Below are positions 13,301 to 24,960 of a DNA stretch of 64,000 nt, piece by piece. This DNA comes from Phoronis australis. Its lineage: Eukaryota > Animalia > Phoronida. The notes under the pieces are model-generated. The model ran no database searches. It worked only from the letters and a program-made list of their open reading frames with translations, and had not been told where the DNA came from. The stretch covers positions 158,419-222,418 of the forward strand of contig NMRA01000659.1 of assembly GCA_002633005.1 (NCBI GenBank). Reading direction: 5' to 3'. Numbering within the stretch: the first letter of the stretch is position 1; each line of letters starts with the position of its first letter. The position numbers and the translations under genes are program-made.

Positions 13301-16300
13301 TGTGAGCGACCATTGCCTGTGACTAACTAGGGGCATCTACAAACTTACAGCCTGTGGAACAGTCTAATAAAGATTGAAGTACAACTTCTCAACTTCAGGG
13401 GCTGACAACTTGCGACAATTAAATTCTGTGATGTTGTGTTCTCAATTGAAGAAGCTTGTGCAGGCCCAAATTGTCATAAAATCTAAACTTTGACACAGGT
13501 GTATACACGTGATCAGATGTTCCGTGGAAGGTGTCTTTTTAGGGTGTTGTTTTAAAAAAGTACCCTCTTAGATGCGATTTGACTGAGCACACAGTAAAGG
13601 ATTCTGAAATTCGAAAAATAATTGCTTCACCAAAAACTGTCATTTTTCCGTAAGAAAAGATCAAAATTTCATCATGTGTGTGTTGATGACAGCTGCACAG
13701 CATAAACTGACAAACAATAAAAGTGAAATTTTCTTCCTGTTTATTTTTGTCGAACATTTCGCTTAAAGTAAAATTTTGGTGGTCCATCATATCACGTTCT
13801 AAATTAAAGAAACTTTACTCCGTAATTTGTATTTTTCCGCTCACAAAATATAATAAATACACCAAAGTTACAAAACTGGCATGAAACGTACTGTCGCCAC
13901 TACAGGATGAGCAATTCTCTATTTTTATAAAGCAAAGAAGCAAGATGTTTAGTTTATCAAATAACGAAATCAATGAACGTGAACATAAAACAATAAAATA
14001 CATTAATTAGTAAAATATACAGCAGGCAGAAGAAGTGAAAAGTCCATCAATTTACAGGGGATAGGAATGTTGAGATAATTTTTTAAGGGAGGCTGTGACA
14101 CTTTGGACCTGCACAAAGCTACACCACATATTGTAGTAGTACACACTGTGCTCAATGCTCAGTTCATGTAATGTCCATGTTACCTTATTCTCTAGTGTTT
14201 GTAGTAAGGCATCAATGTTGCTCATTAACCCCTCATGTCCAAGCTCCGGTGGAGCCATCTGTGGGAGTGTGGTGAACGTTCTGCCACACGCATCGTAAGG
14301 GAAATCCCTTCCCTGAAATGACAGCCAGAGTACACATGACATGAAGTTTGAGAATAGCATTAGGCCCTCAACTATTCAAATATATCTAAGCCCTTTTACA
14401 AGATCAGTGCAAAGCACTTAAATGTGCCCACAACTGCACTGCGAATGGTATGATTCTAGGTGTTTATTAGTATCAATAAAAAGGCCACTAGAGGGAGCAG
14501 TATATGTCAAATCTGAAAGGAACAAGGTAAGCATTGTTTTCTCCTTAATAGAATCCTATTTGCAAAATTTCATGAACAACAGTCAAGGAACTGTGGAGAT
14601 GTAGAGCCATATGCAGGCACACTCTCCTCAACTAAAACCAAATATCATAAGATTCGTTAAGACACTTGGTAGATACTGAGGTACCGGCAAAAAATAACAA
14701 AATAACATTAGGGGGTGCCACAGCAGTTGGACCCATTGAAAAATCTTTCACTCACAATTCAAATAAGACTGGACTGCCACCAAGGGGCACAACACATGTT
14801 TGATTCCATCCGTAAATGGGAACATGTAGTCAGGTCTTTAATAGAAAACTCATAGGCAAATTTCAGGAAAATCCGTTTAGGAACTTGGTAAAAAGAAAAC
14901 TTGCCAATAATACATCGACAAATTGAAAATTGCCACTAAGGGGTGCAGATTATGCAGAATCTGTCTAAAAATGTCAATTAATTGAGGTACTGCGCCTCCA
15001 TAACAGAAGCCTCTTTGCAAAATTTCAGGAAAGAACTTGGTGGATGTTGAGGCAAACGTAAAGAACTACAATTACCACAAGGGGGCACAGCCGTAGTCAG
15101 ATCTATCCAAGAATTCACTCGTGGTGACCCATACAAAATATGATGTCCGCACAAAATTTCGTGAACATTCATACGGGAATTGAGAAGACAGTGTGGCTCA
15201 GTGGTTTGAGCTCAAGACTCCCAATTGGGAGACCCGGGTTTGAATCCACTTTATACTGGCTGACAACTGAGCACTGCACAAAGGTGTATCTTACTCCCCA
15301 GAGATCAACCTTACTAGTGAATGTATGCATGGTAATGAATGAGAACTTGGATATAATGCAGAAGCAATTTCTGGGGCTGGATTCACATTAAAATTCACCA
15401 GGGGTTTTGGAGATGCAGCAGATGAAACTGGCCAGATGGAGATGATAGCATAATATGAACGCCCCCCACACAGACCAGTCGCAGACCCATTTCGTGTTCT
15501 GTTATGTACAAAATTCTGGCAGCCAAGCCCCAATTGGTGAATTTGCCAATTGAATACGCTGAACAATATACACATGGACACGTTATCTTTATGGTTTTCA
15601 TTCATCAGTGCTGTCAAACAATCAAGGATTTGAAAAACAATGAATCGGAGAAGGCAAAAACGTGGTTTGAGTTTCTCAATATTGACATGCATACCCTATC
15701 ATAACCCTTACATATAAGTATAATATAGTCACATTGTGCTAATTACATAATCCACGCCAGCTGTTCTACAACTAATGCACAGCCAGTGAAAATGTAGCAA
15801 AATGTTAAGAGACCTTTGCCACTTGAACACAGGGGTATGACGAGACTAAAGTTCACTACCAGCTGTTAATGAAATCTCAATAACAGCTGCTGCTTGTATC
15901 CCCAAAGACAAATCAATTTTCACAACCAAGAAACTGTTAGTAACATAAAGCATGGTGGTGAATTTTATATCTTCATGAGCTGCCAAGATTGATTACATAG
16001 TACATCAAAATAAAGAACATAGCATTCCAACAAGGTTTGAAAATCAAATAGGAGTTAGTCAAAAGTAAACGTCCAAAAAGGCAATCATGACAGTGTGTAG
16101 TTAACAACCATGTGATTACCTGTGTTCGTATAGCACAATATCAAGAGAGGCCTTTATTCAAAATGAAGAAATTAGAGCGCTGTTACAAAGATATTTTTTT
16201 GTTTTAGTGGTCACTGACACCAACTTAACAAGAGCATTTTTATTGCACATCAAAGGCATCTCAACGATAAAGTAACTTTGGGATTCACCAAACAACATAA

Positions 16301-17726
16301 AGCGCCGGGGTGATATCAAAAAGAGTTGATTATGGTTAATGATACTGTGACAAATGGATAATATTGTTAACAAATACTCACCATATGCATCACAACTATC
16401 CTGACATTCAAGAACACATTGGAGTTGACAAGCTGAAAATGTGTTAAAAATTAATAAACATCATTCATCATAAAGACCTGATTAATCAAATATGGACTTC
16501 AATCTCTACATTTAAAACTACCTGATACATCTATTTAATGATGTTAGGATACATTAATAGGTTATTTCCTGTATTTAGACTCCTAAATCGTTTCGGAAAT
16601 CAAAGAGCCGTCACATTTATTAACTGTTTGGTTTGAATTTAGAAATCTGCAGAGAAAATAACTAGCCAATGCACACAAAACTGTTCACAATTTACTGTGT
16701 GGCTAGAGGCAGACCTTGGCTGTTTGACTTCACTGCTGTTGCATGTGCTTTGAAAGTGGGTCAGCATGTTTTAACCAAATTTTCATTGTGTTACCTTTCA
16801 CTATGGGCTTTAAAAGACAAACTGACTCAGTAATAAATATAATTTTGTCCACGCAAATCTTTTTGAATGAATGCAAGTCTACATGCAACAGGCTTCCCGG
16901 TTTGTAATCTTAAAGTTGATTTACTTCAGAAACCTTGCAATAATAGGATACCAGTGGAAACCTTTCCTACGTCATGTAAATGATTCAACGTGATATTGTC
17001 ATTTCTACACAGAGGAAGTTTAGGAAAAACAAAAGAAGTAAAATAAAAAGTACACATGTGATATCTGAAAAAAACAGCAAGCTGACTTACCGGAAACCCA
17101 GCTTTTGCACAAAGATATTCTGCAACCAAAAGTAGAGCGTTGACAGTGGCACCCCCACTTCCCACCCTCTGTGTAGGGTCCTCTACAGTCAGTATGAGTA
17201 CATCCTTGTGGATCAGTCCTTTCTGCTGATGCAGTTCAAGCTCTGAAATGAAAAATTTAACACAGTTTCATTACAAAAGCACTGCACAATGCTTGGCATG
17301 ACGTCAACACACCAAATGTGACCTAGCAAAATTCCCAGGTCTCCAAGGAAACTGAGGTCGCCAAACCTCGCTGGCAAGAGCCAAAAACAAAATAAAAGAG
17401 ACATTTGAAATGGTAAGTCAGCAAAATCAGCAAAAGTGTGCTAGCACAATAGATTTCGCACTATTTTGGAACTATTATGGGATTTTCTCCTGCATACCAA
17501 GATTTGTGACGACAATGGGTTTAAACCAGAGTCTGTCCGCATTTGTGACAGCAGACATTTTCCCATTGCAATGCGTCACAATGTCCAAGTTCACGTAAAT
17601 GTTACGTCAAACCGCACACGTACTAGTAATGGTTTACGCACCTCTTTGAAAAGCATGAGCATTATTGCGATTCTGACAGGTGAGGACAAGTGCATCCCAA
17701 GGAGCCGCAGAATGCTGTCTGGACAT
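1317..17726 (-). CDS. FCSK: L-fucose kinase, 5' part (15 coding exons, 567 codons in window; C-terminal GHMP kinase half lies beyond the left edge)
   Basis: Phase-consistent GT-AG exons: 17642-17726 (ATG; MSRQHSAAPWDALVLTCQ), 17091-17242 (VEDPTQRVGSGGATVNALL), 16382-16432, 14184-14312 (GRDFPYDACGRTFTTLP), 12991-13063 (GSPPGVWVCSTDMLL), 11920-12020, 11302-11382, 10638-10757 (PPLNGCTYYGLDSGAP), 9578-9776, 8551-8672, 6302-6472, 5045-5161, 3264-3365 (TFCNKPW), 2343-2464 (AKLFPVLH), 1317-1394 (WRSSWRLS). Motifs match vertebrate FCSK as I recall it. The first coding exon has an acceptor at 17744/5, so at least one upstream UTR exon exists. Confidence 0.95.
5410..6130 (+). mobile_element. Non-autonomous THAP-bearing DNA transposon relic (Kolobok-like) in an FCSK intron
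   Basis: Frameshifted THAP zinc finger at about 5579-5780 (CFVAGCSATH...WKQK...FICSRHFDDACF). TTAA|AGTG putative terminus at 5406-5413. Right end not defined. Confidence 0.6.
6870..7570. repeat. Degenerate ~29-30 bp minisatellite (consensus approx. ATTATGATTTTCTGAATTGAAGCAGTCAT)
   Basis: About 20 diverged head-to-tail copies visible. Confidence 0.85.
8255..8430. repeat. 34-bp minisatellite, about 5 copies (GGCAGTGACTGATAACTTACCAGAAGGTGTGCAT)
   Basis: Direct tandem copies with no spacers. Confidence 0.85.
8743..8881 (+). mobile_element. Miniature HINE/DINE-1-like non-autonomous element
   Basis: 5' hairpin CAACGC-GAA-GCGTTG followed by TGCGCCCAC. Short GGAC/AGAC microsatellite. 3' stem-loop TGCGTCCACATAT-AA-ATATGTGGGCGCA (8849-8876) that repeats the 5' motif. 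A-run flanks. Confidence 0.55.
12010..12105. repeat. 42-bp tandem duplication (about 2.3 copies) spanning an FCSK splice acceptor
   Basis: CCACTGGATATCTGCAACAGTGTA[T/C]CAAATGTAATACCAAGG twice, plus a partial third copy. Confidence 0.9.
12340..12826 (-). mobile_element. Two tandem ~267-bp tRNA-derived repeat units (SINE-like / tRNA pseudogenes)
   Basis: tRNA-like heads at 12490-12564 and about 12756-12826 with A box (TGACTCAGTGG), B box (GTTCGAGTCC) and TCTGC/GCAGA anticodon stem. The loops differ (ACAGTTA vs ACGTTTA) and lack U33. Both share a conserved non-tRNA body. Confidence 0.75.
14470..15175 (+). repeat. Degenerate tandem core repeats of a HINE-like element
   Basis: Recurring GCCAC..AGGGG and CAAAATTTCA[T/G]GAA...GGAACT blocks. 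The same family occurs at 62630-63110. Confidence 0.5.
15189..15335 (+). mobile_element. tRNA-derived SINE fragment
   Basis: A box TGGCTCAGTGG and B-box-like GGTTTGAATCC at tRNA spacing, with no intact acceptor stem. Confidence 0.55.
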
Positions 17727-18951
17727 GGTGCTTCACTCAGCTATCTGAAAAGAAATGCAGGTATGGTAATTCAAAGAAGATGTTAATGCATATTACCCTG
17801 ATGGAGAGTAATTTATTCTGGCAATACAATACAATACAATACAGCCCTCAAGACATTTGGAACAGGGAAGAAATATTGGTTTATGGATCACGATGGCATT
17901 AGCGTTGAGAGAGTAGAGCGAGTTGCACTTGATCAGTTGCATGCTCCAGTGTCAACTGCATATCTAAGCACAACTGGGGCAGGGTGGAAAGGGATCATCT
18001 TTCAATGCACTTGCGTAATATAGCGTATGTGGGTGATCCACTGGCATTCCATAGGATTTGGACGTTCGCTAATGTTCATGTGAGCATGTGCAGACAGCCT
18101 TTCTGTAAATGACTCGTGCTGATCCAATGTCGTGTAAATGCGAGCAAGTCGCACCACGACAACTCACACTGTGACAACTGTTCCCCATGTGAAAACAAAT
18201 CAACAGATGCCTGTATTATAATTCATAGCTATCGTTGCTGTGTTATAATTTAATTGTAGCTGCGAAGGGTAACAGCTATAATTAGAGATATTCATGCAAA
18301 CAACACTTGTTGTCATGCTTTCTCTCATTCAGCTCAAATCCTTCGACTCTTAATCATTCAGTAGTCTACAACAAATCATACAAACTATTAAGAACCTTGC
18401 TAAGTATTGCTATGTACTGTAAATAATGAAGAAGAAACGAAACAAAATACTGTCACAGTTACCGGACAAAAAGCCAAAACCCATAATGACCTAGAAAATA
18501 ACCTTACTTACATGTACAGGAATAGAGAGCTACAACAAAAACAGTATACATACTCTGCAAACCACTTAATGTGTCAATCAATCATGTCGCTGAAACCTCA
18601 ATGCATTTTAGACTCAATAAAATCAATGAAAAAATGGCAACCCAGCTACTATACAAATAAACTGAAAGCTCAAATAACTTCCTAAGGACAGTTCACAATG
18701 GAGAAGGATTACATTGCAAGTAGTCAATTAAACTACTGGGGTATAACTTGTCTCAAGTCAGCGGAACATACAAACTACTAAATAAATACTAAAAAATTCG
18801 TTCTCTTGTTCTACACATCTCCATTTCAGAAAGCCTAATTAAATTACAAAGTGCAATAGCATGGAAAGGTCATATGACTTTGTAAACTTAATGCGGCAAA
18901 ATAGACTGTTATTCAGCTACACAGCCACATGGTTGAATGCACAACATAACA

Positions 18952-21900
18952 AACGAGAGCACTCGGAGGAGCGACACTTGGCGGAATTAATCGAAAAGAC
19001 GACGATGAGGGAGACGACGACAATCATGACGATCAAGGCAGCAATTATGAATAAAACGAGAACATTCATGTGACTAGCGAAGAAATCAATTAGAGAGCAT
19101 ACAATCAACTACAACAAAGAACAATAGATGGCGCAACATGACGGTCCAGTCTACAGTAGGACAGTGCTGGCTGGGTCAGTCTGGGTCAACTAGGAATTAC
19201 CAAAACAAAGTGAACTGAAAGCCAGCCAGATGGGTCCTTGCATAGGTGACCGAAGGAACAACGGTATCCGAAAATCTCAACTAATTCAAAAAGTAGACAT
19301 CGTAGTGCAAAATGGACAATATCTTCTGAAAGCCGGTTCAAAACTCTATCTAAAGTGGTAGTTTGGCAAAAATCCAAAACATTTTTGAGAAAATTGAAAA
19401 TTTGCCGGTTTTTTTAAATTCAAAGTCAAATAACTCGAGAACGGTAAGTCTGAGAAATACGCTGTCTAAGACTTTTTGAAAGGCCATACTTCAAGGAATC
19501 CACATGCAACAATTCACGTCATTTCCTCTTCCCGTTAAAAATGCGACACCAGAACGACTGAAACCGGGTGAACATGTGCCACAGCCGCCATCTTGAAAGT
19601 GACTTCCGGTTCAATAATTTTTTATAAAAGCTTATTAAACTCAACAAACACGTGACCAGTTTAAAAGTGATTGGTTTACAAATGCGCCCTCTACAGGAGA
19701 AAACGTTTTTGGCCATATTTCGGGATGCACAGGCGCCACTTCCAATATTTCCGCCATCTTTGACCGGAAGTCAACGATTTTCTACACACTTGTAGCACAT
19801 GCGTTCTAGTAAATTCGTACCGATTTTCAGCCATGCACGTCGAAAAATGCGGCCTTTACGAGCATTTGACTGTGAAATCGGATACATGACCAAAAACAAT
19901 AGGCTTCCAGGACTTTTCGATCTACACGTTGTGAGCAAATTTCGTGAAAATCGGACGAAAATTGCGGCCTGTAGAGTGCGAACAAACAAAGAAAAAAATG
20001 AAAGCGCTCCGAGGAGCGAACCTTGGTGAAATGAACCAAAAAGATGACGATAAAGATGATGACGGAGATGACGAATATGACGACGATGGTGGCGAGGATG
20101 AACAAAAGAAGTAATAACATACACATGACGAACGTAGAAGTCTGAAATCATTAAGAAAAAGGCTAGTCTTGAGCGACACTTGGCGAAATTAAGGAAAAGA
20201 CAACGACGGAGATGATGACGAAGATGATGACGAATATGATGATGGGGGTGGCGATGATGAACAACATCACAACATTCTTATGATGAACTTAGATGTCATA
20301 AATCAATAAGAAATAGGCTACAGTCTAGTTCAATAGAATATAAACCAACATCAATGCAGCAAGAGCGCTCAACAAAGGAACAGCGTTATCATAAAATCTC
20401 AAATAACTTGAAAAGTAGACGTCCAACCGAAAAATGGAAAACATATTCTGAAAGCCCGTTCAAAATTCTATCTAAACTGATGGTATCGCCTAATTCCGTA
20501 AATGTTTCGAAAAAAATGAAATTTTGCGTTTTTTTTAAGAAATTCAAACTCGAAAAAGGTAAGTGTGAGAAAAAAATTGTTACAGGCCATTTGAAAGAAT
20601 ATACTTCAAAGAATCCACATGCAAAAAATCACGTCTTTTTCTCTTCCCGTTTAAAATCGCACTCCAGCACGACTGAAAATGGGTTAACATGTGCCAGATC
20701 CGCCATCCTGAAAGCAACTTCCGGTTTTTTGGCTTTGTATAATAGCATGTCATAAGAAACTAATACCTGTAAAAATTCGAAGGAATTGGTCTTATAATGC
20801 GCCCTCTACAGGAGAAAACCTTTTTAGGCCAAAATCGAGGTGCGCATGTGAATCGCCGATATTTCCGTTATCTTTCACCGGAAGTACACAATTTCCGATA
20901 TACTTGTAGAAAACTTCCGCCATCTTGGATCCGATTTTGACGAAAAACAATAGGCTTCCAGTACTTCCGGATGTACGTGTTATGTGTAAATTTCGTGATG
21001 ATCGGATGAAAATTGCGACCTGTATCGTGCGAACAAAAAAAACAAAACAAACTTAGTGACAGAGCAACATACTTGACGAAATTTTCTTGGCGAAATAAAT
21101 TTCGCCAAGTAAATTTCGTCAACTTGCTGTCAGACCAACATACTTGGCGGAAGAATTCCGCCAAGTAACTATGGAGGTACTCTAAACCAATGCACACAGG
21201 AATAGCAGCACACAAAAACAGTCTGCAGTTATGTTGGTCTTCCATCAAGTTTTTTTTTGTTTGTTCGCACGATACAGGTCGCAATTTTCGTCCGCTCATC
21301 ACGAAATTTACATAACACGTAGTTCCAGAAGTAATGGATACCTATTGTTTTTCGTCAAAATCGGAACCAAGATGGCGGCTGTGGCGGCCATTTTGTTTTC
21401 TTTTAAAATTCAAAGGCTTCTGGAGGCTACAATTTTTTACGTACAGGTTTGAAACTCAACACAATTAATGGCCTGGATGTGCACTACAAGTGTACTGGAA
21501 ATTGTTTACTTCCGGTTAAAGATGGTGGAAATATTGGCATTCGCGCATGCGCACCTTGATTTCGGGGAAAAAACGTTTTCTCCTGTAGAGGGCGCAATAT
21601 AGGGCCAATTCCTTTGAATTTTTGCAGTTATTAGTTTTTTATGACTTGCTATTATATAAAGCCAAAACACCGGAAGTTGCTTTCAAGATGGCGGTTCTGG
21701 CGCATGTTGACCTATTTTCAGTCGTGCTGAGGTGCCACTTAAACGGGTGGAGAAAATGACGTGAATTTTTTTCTCAGACTTACCGTTTTCGAGATATTTG
21801 ACTTTAAATTTCTTAAAAAAATGCAAAATTTCATTTTTTTTCGAAAAAATTTACGGAATTGTGTGATACTATCAATTTGGATAGATTTTTGAACGGGCTT

Positions 21901-23537
21901 TCAGAAGATATTTTCCATTTTCCGCTACAATGTCTACTTTTCGAGTTATTTGAGATTTTCTGATAACACTGCTCCTTTGTTGAGCGCTGATTTTTGCTGC
22001 ATTGATGTTGGTTTAGCTTCTATTGAACTAGACTATAGCCTATTTCTTATTGATTTATGACATCTAAGTTCGCCATATGAATGTTACGATGTTGTTCATT
22101 ATCTCCGCCACCATCATCATATTTGTCATCATCTCCTACGTCATCTTTTCTTCAGCTAATTTCGCCAAGTGTCGCTCAAGACTGTAGCCTATCTCTTAGT
22201 GATTTCTGACATCTACTTCCGTCATATGAATGATATCACAACTTGCATTGTCCTTATTTCTATTGTTCATCCTCACCACCATCGTCATCATATTCGTCAT
22301 CTTTGTCATCATCTTTATCGTCATCTTTTTGGTTAATTTCGCCAAGTGTCGCTCTTCGGAGCGCTTTCATTTTTTTGTTTGGTCACACTCTACAGGTCGC
22401 AATTTTCGTCCGATTTTCACAAAATTTGCACACGACGTGTAGATCTGAAAGTCCTGGAAGCATATTGTTTTTGGTCATGATCGGATACAAAATGGCGGAC
22501 GTGGCTGCCATTTTGTATCCGATTTCACACTCAAATGCTCGTAGGGGCCGCATTTTTCGACGTACATGGCTGAAAATCGGTACGATTATACTAGAACGCA
22601 AGTGCTACAAGTGAAAATTGTTGACTTCCGGTCAAAGATGGCGGAAATATTGGAAGTGGCGCATGCACACCCCGAAATATGGCCAAAAACCTTTTTCTCC
22701 TGTAGAGGGCGCATTTGCAAACCAATCACTTTCAAACTGGTCACGTGTTTGTTGAGTTTAATAAGCTTTTATAAAAGTTTATTTAACCGGAAGTCACTTT
22801 CAAGATGGTGGCTGTGGCACATGTTCACACGGTTTCAATCGTTCTGCTGTCGCGTTTTTAACGGGAAGAGCAAATGACGTGAATTTTTTGCATGTGGATT
22901 CCTTTAAGTGTGGTCTTTCAAAAAGTCTACGAGAGCGTATCTCTCAGACTCACGGTTTTCGAGTTATTTGACTTTGAATTTCAAAAAACCGGCAAATTTT
23001 CAATTTTTTTGAAATCTTTTTTGATTTTTGCCAAACTACCACTTTAGATAGAGTTTTGAACCGGCTTCCAGAAAATATATTCCATTTTGCGCTACAACGT
23101 CTACTTTTTGAATTATTCGAGATTTTCGGATACCGTTGTTCCTTTGGTCACCTATGCAAGCACGCAGCTGGCTGGCTTTCAGTTCACTTTGTTTTGGTTA
23201 TGCCTTGTTGACCCCGACTGACTCAGCCAGCACTGTCCTACTGTAGACTGGAATTCCACACCAAATATTTTAAACATAACTTTGCTCTGCAGACTGTCAC
23301 ATAGCGCCACCTATTTTGGAATGTGGGAACAAAGCATGGCTCGTCCGTCATGTTGCGCCATCTATTGTTCTTTATTGTAGTTGATTGTACGCTCTCTATT
23401 TGATTTCTTCGCTAGTCACATTAATGTTATCGTGTTATTCATAATTGCCACCTTGATCGTCATGATTGTCGTCGTCCTTCCCATCGTCGTCTTTTCGATT
23501 ACTTCCGCCAAGTGTCGCTCCTCCGAGCGCTCTCGTT
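18952..23537. mobile_element. 4.6-kb foldback: two ~2.1-2.3 kb inverted arms of a modular HINE-like repeat
   Basis: Left arm 18952-~21052 is the diverged reverse complement of right arm ~21249-23537 (ends AACGAGAGC... / ...GCTCTCGTT). Each arm has two ~1.1-kb subunits with GAT/GAC-rich tracts. The spacer carries hairpins. Confidence 0.9.
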
Positions 23538-23699
23538 CTTTTCTTTCTGACCTTTTCCAGAGCTTAATATCCTCTCTCAAATGACTCAACTTTCAACTTC
23601 GAAACTTTCCAAGTACATTTGAGTCGTCTATGAATTTTGTAAAATATATTTTTGGCTCAAAATGCACTGGAAGTGATCAATAGGTGGAAAGGTCATCTC

Positions 23700-24490
23700 A
23701 TTTTAAAATATCATTTCTGCTACATTTTTCAATTAATTCATTTCAATTTCAGAGTACAGGTGTAAGTCTATATGCCAATCAAATGCATTTACTTTTCTAA
23801 GTAATCGGGTCACCCAAACAGATAAAATAAGTCAAAGGTCATTGAGTGCAAACTAAATTTTGAACTATGCACTTGAGTTCTAATTCTGAAGCTTCAGGTC
23901 ATTTTGTGCAACCAAGGGGTCATTAAGTGCATTTTTCTTCAGAATTTTTTGCCTTGTCATTCAACATGTATTCTAATATGTCAACAGTTAGACAACTGTG
24001 ATTGTCAGTATTAACCACACTTTTCATGGACTTTGCAATAATTCCACTACAAAGGCTTATAATGCACCAGATAGAATTAATTAGTGCAAAGGCCATCTAA
24101 TTTCCAAAATGTTATTTGTCCTACCTACATTCTTAAAAGAATTCTCTTCAATTTCAGTTAACAGATGTAAATGTACGTGCCAATCAAATACACTACTTTT
24201 CTAAGCAATCAAGTCACCCAATAAAATAGGTCAAAGGTCATTGAGTACACTTCAGATTTACACATGTGATTGGAACATGTAATTGAATAACAATTCCAAA
24301 GTTTCAGGTCATTTGGTGCAACAAAGGTGCCATTAAGTACACTTTCCTTCTGAAACTTTGATCCTTCCATTCAACATGTTAGACTACTTTGATTCTCAAC
24401 ATTAAGTACACTTTTCACCAACTCTACCACAATTCCCCTGCAAGTGCTCATAATACACCGAAAAGGGTCAAATACAACAAAGGATACCTA
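23700..24490. repeat. Diverged tandem duplication, unit about 404 bp, about 2 copies
   Basis: Blocks TGCCAATCAAAT...GTCACCCAA...GTCAAAGGTCATTGAGT...TTCAGGTCATTT...CATTCAACATGT recur at about 23770 and 24175. Confidence 0.75.
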
Positions 24491-24902
24491 ATTTATTCAA
24501 CATGTATCCTTTTTATACAATTTCTATTCTACTGTGCCAACAGTCAAACATTCGTTATACAGCATGATCCTCATTTTTACATTCTTGTACAGTTCTGCTT
24601 TGGTGCACAAGCCACCAGAAAGGTAGTAAACTTTCCAAAGCCAGACTCGCGCAGAGTCATTATTTGTCACTTTCTAATAATAATCATTCCAGTTTATATA
24701 GCTGTCATAGCTCTGACACAACATCATTTCAAAGACACCAGACTGCAGCAGCAGGACAACAAACTTAACTTCTGAAATAAAATGCTGAAGCCCATAATTG
24801 AAACAAAATTAAGGTTCGGCTTTAGTCATTTCTTAAGTTTTTAGATAATATTTTAGTATCTTTTTTCATATGGCCTGCTGTATTTTTATATGGTATGTCT
24901 GC

Positions 24903-24960
24903 AATAAAACATATATTCATTCATTCATTCATTTATTCATTCATTCATTCATTCATTCAT
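24903..24960 (+). repeat. (TTCA)n microsatellite preceded by AATAAA, a probable retroposon 3' tail
   Basis: AATAAA followed by about 11 ATTC units. Confidence 0.75.

Noticed and set aside
18861-23584. Hydrophobic ORFs (e.g. 19827-20126, 22230-22442, 23381-23584) as membrane proteins
   Set aside because: They are translations of GAT/GAC-rich repeat tracts and appear mirrored in both foldback arms.
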